DNA from: an uncultured Acidobacteriota bacterium
GTDB taxonomy: Bacteria; Acidobacteriota; Polarisedimenticolia; J045
Assembly: GCA_964420365.1 (NCBI GenBank)
Contig: CAYQTA010000048.1
Location: forward strand, 5,635 to 69,634
Reading direction: 5' to 3'
DNA length: 64,000 nucleotides
The notes under the pieces were generated by a model. That model was not told where the DNA came from, did not search any database, and was given only the letters and a program-made list of their open reading frames with translations. The stretch's first letter is position 1. Each line of letters begins with the position of its first letter. Below, piece by piece: positions 61,761 to 64,000 of this stretch. A program made the translations under genes and the position numbers.

Positions 61761-64000
61761 ATGAGCCGTGGGCTGCGAACGATCCTTCTCTCCTGTGCCG
61801 TCCTCGCGGTGACGGTGACCGCCGGTCCCGTCCGCGCCCAGGTCGGAGGGGAACCGTTCGGCCGCAACAAGGTCGGCCGGCGCTCGTTCGCCTGGCGCGT
61901 CGTCGAGACCGCGCACCTGGAGATCCACTTCTACCCCGGCGAGGAGGCGCTCGTCCCGGAGCTCGCTGCCGAGGCGGAGAGCGCCTGGGCGGAGATCGAG
62001 AAGGTCCTGGGCCCCGGCCCGGGCCGGAAGGTCCCTCTCCTTCTCTACGCGACCCACGCCGACATGGAGGAGACCAACGTCACCCCCTGGCACGTTCCCG
62101 AGGCGGTCCTCGGCTTCGCCGAGCCGTTCCGCAACCGGGTCGTGATCCCGGCGGACCTGCCGCCGGACGAGCGGTACCACCTCCTGCGCCACGAGCTGAC
62201 CCACGTCTTCGAGTTCGAGATCCTCTACGCCGGCTCGGCCCAGCGGATGCTCCGGGGGCACGCCCCCCTCTGGCTGATGGAGGGACTCGCGTCCTGGCTC
62301 GGGCGGGACGAGACCGCCCTCGACCGGATGGTGATCCGGGACGCGGTCCTCGCGAACCGGGTCCCGTCGATCCGCGATCTCGACCGGCTCGACTACATGA
62401 CCTACCGGTTCGGCCACGCGGTCTTCGACTGGATCGTCGAGACCCGCGGCGTCGAGGGGATCCGCGACCTCCTCGCCGCGTTCCGGCGCGAACTGCTGAC
62501 CGGCAACGCGGAGGCCGCGTTCCGGGACGCCCTCGGGATCGACGTCGACACCTTCGACCGGCGTTTTCAGCGCTGGCTGCGTCGCCGCTACCTGCCCCTG
62601 CTCGAGACGCGGCGGTTCCCGGACGACGTCGCCGCCCCCCTCGGCCCGGCGCGGCCGGGGGAGCAGCTCTTCTCTCCCGTGCCGAGCCCGGCCGGCGAGC
62701 TGGTCGCGGCCGTCCGGGCGAGCCGCGAGGGGATGGACGTCGTGCTGCTGGACGGGAGGAAGGGCCGCGTGGAGCGGGTGCTCTTCCGCGGCGCCGCCCA
62801 CGCCCGGGACCGCCTGGTCAGCCGCGCGTGGCGCGGCCGGCGCGACCTCGGCTGGTCCCCCGACGGGACGCGCCTCGCCTTTTTCCTCCGCCGCGAGAAC
62901 CGCTTCCTCCTGCGGATCGTCTCGGTCGCCACCGGCCGCACCGTGCGGGACGCCCTCCTGCCGGAGGGGATGGCGGACCCCGCGTCCCCGTCCTTCCTCG
63001 ACGGGGAGACGGTGGTCTTCTCCGCGAACCGGGACGGCCGGTGGGACCTCTGGACGTGGACCCCGGGCCGCGGCGAGCCGCGCCGCCTGACCGACGATCC
63101 CGCGGTGGACGCGGACCCGGTGGTCGACCCGGACGGCAGGCGGGTCGCGTGGGTCCGCCGGGAGGGGGTCCACGACAAGCTCTGGCTGCTCGAGCCCGAC
63201 GACCCGGCCGGGACGGCGCGCCCCCTCACCCGGGGCGCCTGCACCGACCTGCTGCCCTCCTTCTCCCGGGACGGGCGCTCGGTCTTCTTCGCGTCGGCCC
63301 GGGGCCCGGACGAGGCCTGGAACCTGCACCGGGTCGACCTCGGGTCCGGCCGCATCGAGCGGCTGACCGACCTGGCGACCGGTGGCTTCTCCCCCGCGGA
63401 GCTGCCCCCGGACGACGAGGGACATCCCCGCCTGCTCTTCGCCGGCTTCCTGGAGGGAAGGTTCCGCCTCTTCGTCCTGCGGCTCGACGATCCTTCCGTC
63501 CGGGAGGCGCGGGCGGTCGGCGAGCGGGAGGACGCCTGCCCGGTCACGCCGGAGCGGCCGCTCGTGCTGCCGGTCCGCCCCCCCGTCGACGTGGCCGCGG
63601 CCCGGGCGTACCGGCCCCGGTTCGACCTGGACGTGCCGGACGTCACCGTCGGGGTCGCCGACGACGGGACGTTCCTCACGGCGACGACGCTCCGGTTCAC
63701 CGACCTGCTCGGCGACCGGCGGATCCTCGTCCGGGCGAACACCTATTCCGACTGGTCCGACGTCGACCTCGCCTACGTCGACCTCTCGGGCCGGCTCGAC
63801 TGGGCCGTCCGGTTCCGGGACGACCGGGAGTCGTGGCGGACCGGTCCGTGGGATCCCTCGAGCTGGGGCGGGGAGTGGAGCTTCACGTCCGTCGAGGGGG
63901 CGGCCTCCTGGCCGTTCTCCTCGTCCCTGCGCCTCGAGGGGACCCTCGGCTTCGCCTGGCGGCGGATGGACGTCCCCTGGATCGCCCCGGACGGCTCGGC
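61761..64000 (+). CDS. Secreted fusion protein: HExxH zinc-metallopeptidase-like domain + TolB-like (PD40) beta-propeller repeats (3' partial, runs off the window)
   Basis: Not in the ORF track because it has no stop in the window. Translation from ATG 61761 gives signal MSRGLRTILLSCAVLAVTVTAGPVRA, then HELTHVFE, then repeated DGxxxAF/WxDG PD40-like motifs. Confidence 0.65.
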   Translation, partial: MSRGLRTILLSCAVLAVTVTAGPVRAQVGGEPFGRNKVGRRSFAWRVVETAHLEIHFYPGEEALVPELAAEAESAWAEIEKVLGPGPGRKVPLLLYATHADMEETNVTPWHVPEAVLGFAEPFRNRVVIPADLPPDERYHLLRHELTHVFEFEILYAGSAQRMLRGHAPLWLMEGLASWLGRDETALDRMVIRDAVLANRVPSIRDLDRLDYMTYRFGHAVFDWIVETRGVEGIRDLLAAFRRELLTGNAEAAFRDALGIDVDTFDRRFQRWLRRRYLPLLETRRFPDDVAAPLGPARPGEQLFSPVPSPAGELVAAVRASREGMDVVLLDGRKGRVERVLFRGAAHARDRLVSRAWRGRRDLGWSPDGTRLAFFLRRENRFLLRIVSVATGRTVRDALLPEGMADPASPSFLDGETVVFSANRDGRWDLWTWTPGRGEPRRLTDDPAVDADPVVDPDGRRVAWVRREGVHDKLWLLEPDDPAGTARPLTRGACTDLLPSFSRDGRSVFFASARGPDEAWNLHRVDLGSGRIERLTDLATGGFSPAELPPDDEGHPRLLFAGFLEGRFRLFVLRLDDPSVREARAVGEREDACPVTPERPLVLPVRPPVDVAAARAYRPRFDLDVPDVTVGVADDGTFLTATTLRFTDLLGDRRILVRANTYSDWSDVDLAYVDLSGRLDWAVRFRDDRESWRTGPWDPSSWGGEWSFTSVEGAASWPFSSSLRLEGTLGFAWRRMDVPWIAPDGS

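Overview
This is a high-GC (about 70%) bacterial chromosomal window, probably from a diderm: it carries sigma-54 activators, outer-membrane beta-barrel proteins, a TolC-like outer-membrane factor and TolB-like repeats. It is densely packed with housekeeping operons. On the plus strand these are a TetR-regulated RND efflux operon (1-6326), a near-complete dcw cell-division/cell-wall cluster mraZ-rsmH-ftsL-ftsI-murE-murF-murD-ftsW-murC-murB-ftsQ-ftsA-ftsZ (27898-42546), and a suf Fe-S assembly operon with an Rrf2 regulator (48068-54372). The minus strand carries rho (6342-7610), then a 7-gene same-strand array running from 25408 down to 15213: sensor kinase, LigA, NtrC-like regulator, DegP, a second NtrC-like regulator, a TPR lipoprotein and an enoyl-CoA hydratase. 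Accessory content is two giant secreted multidomain proteins (one BNR/TSP3 type, one caspase-like peptidase type), a small Cys-rich secreted protein, an XRE-TPR regulator translationally coupled to a secreted protein, two HEAT-repeat lipoproteins, and a CU-rich region downstream of ftsZ. The most notable oddities: the dcw cluster lacks mraY, murG and ddl at their canonical positions; Rho seems to lack the N-terminal helix bundle and carries an Arg-rich tail instead; a NAD-dependent DNA ligase is embedded between a histidine kinase and its sigma-54 response regulator with overlapping start/stop codons; and the intergenic regions hold several perfect palindromic operators plus a textbook Pmra promoter with a 4x GTGGG MraZ box. 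Many long ORFs in the track are R/G/P-rich alternate-frame or antisense artefacts of GC-rich DNA and are not called. Start coordinates were fixed by frame arithmetic from the ORF track; positions of short motifs may be off by 1-2 nt.
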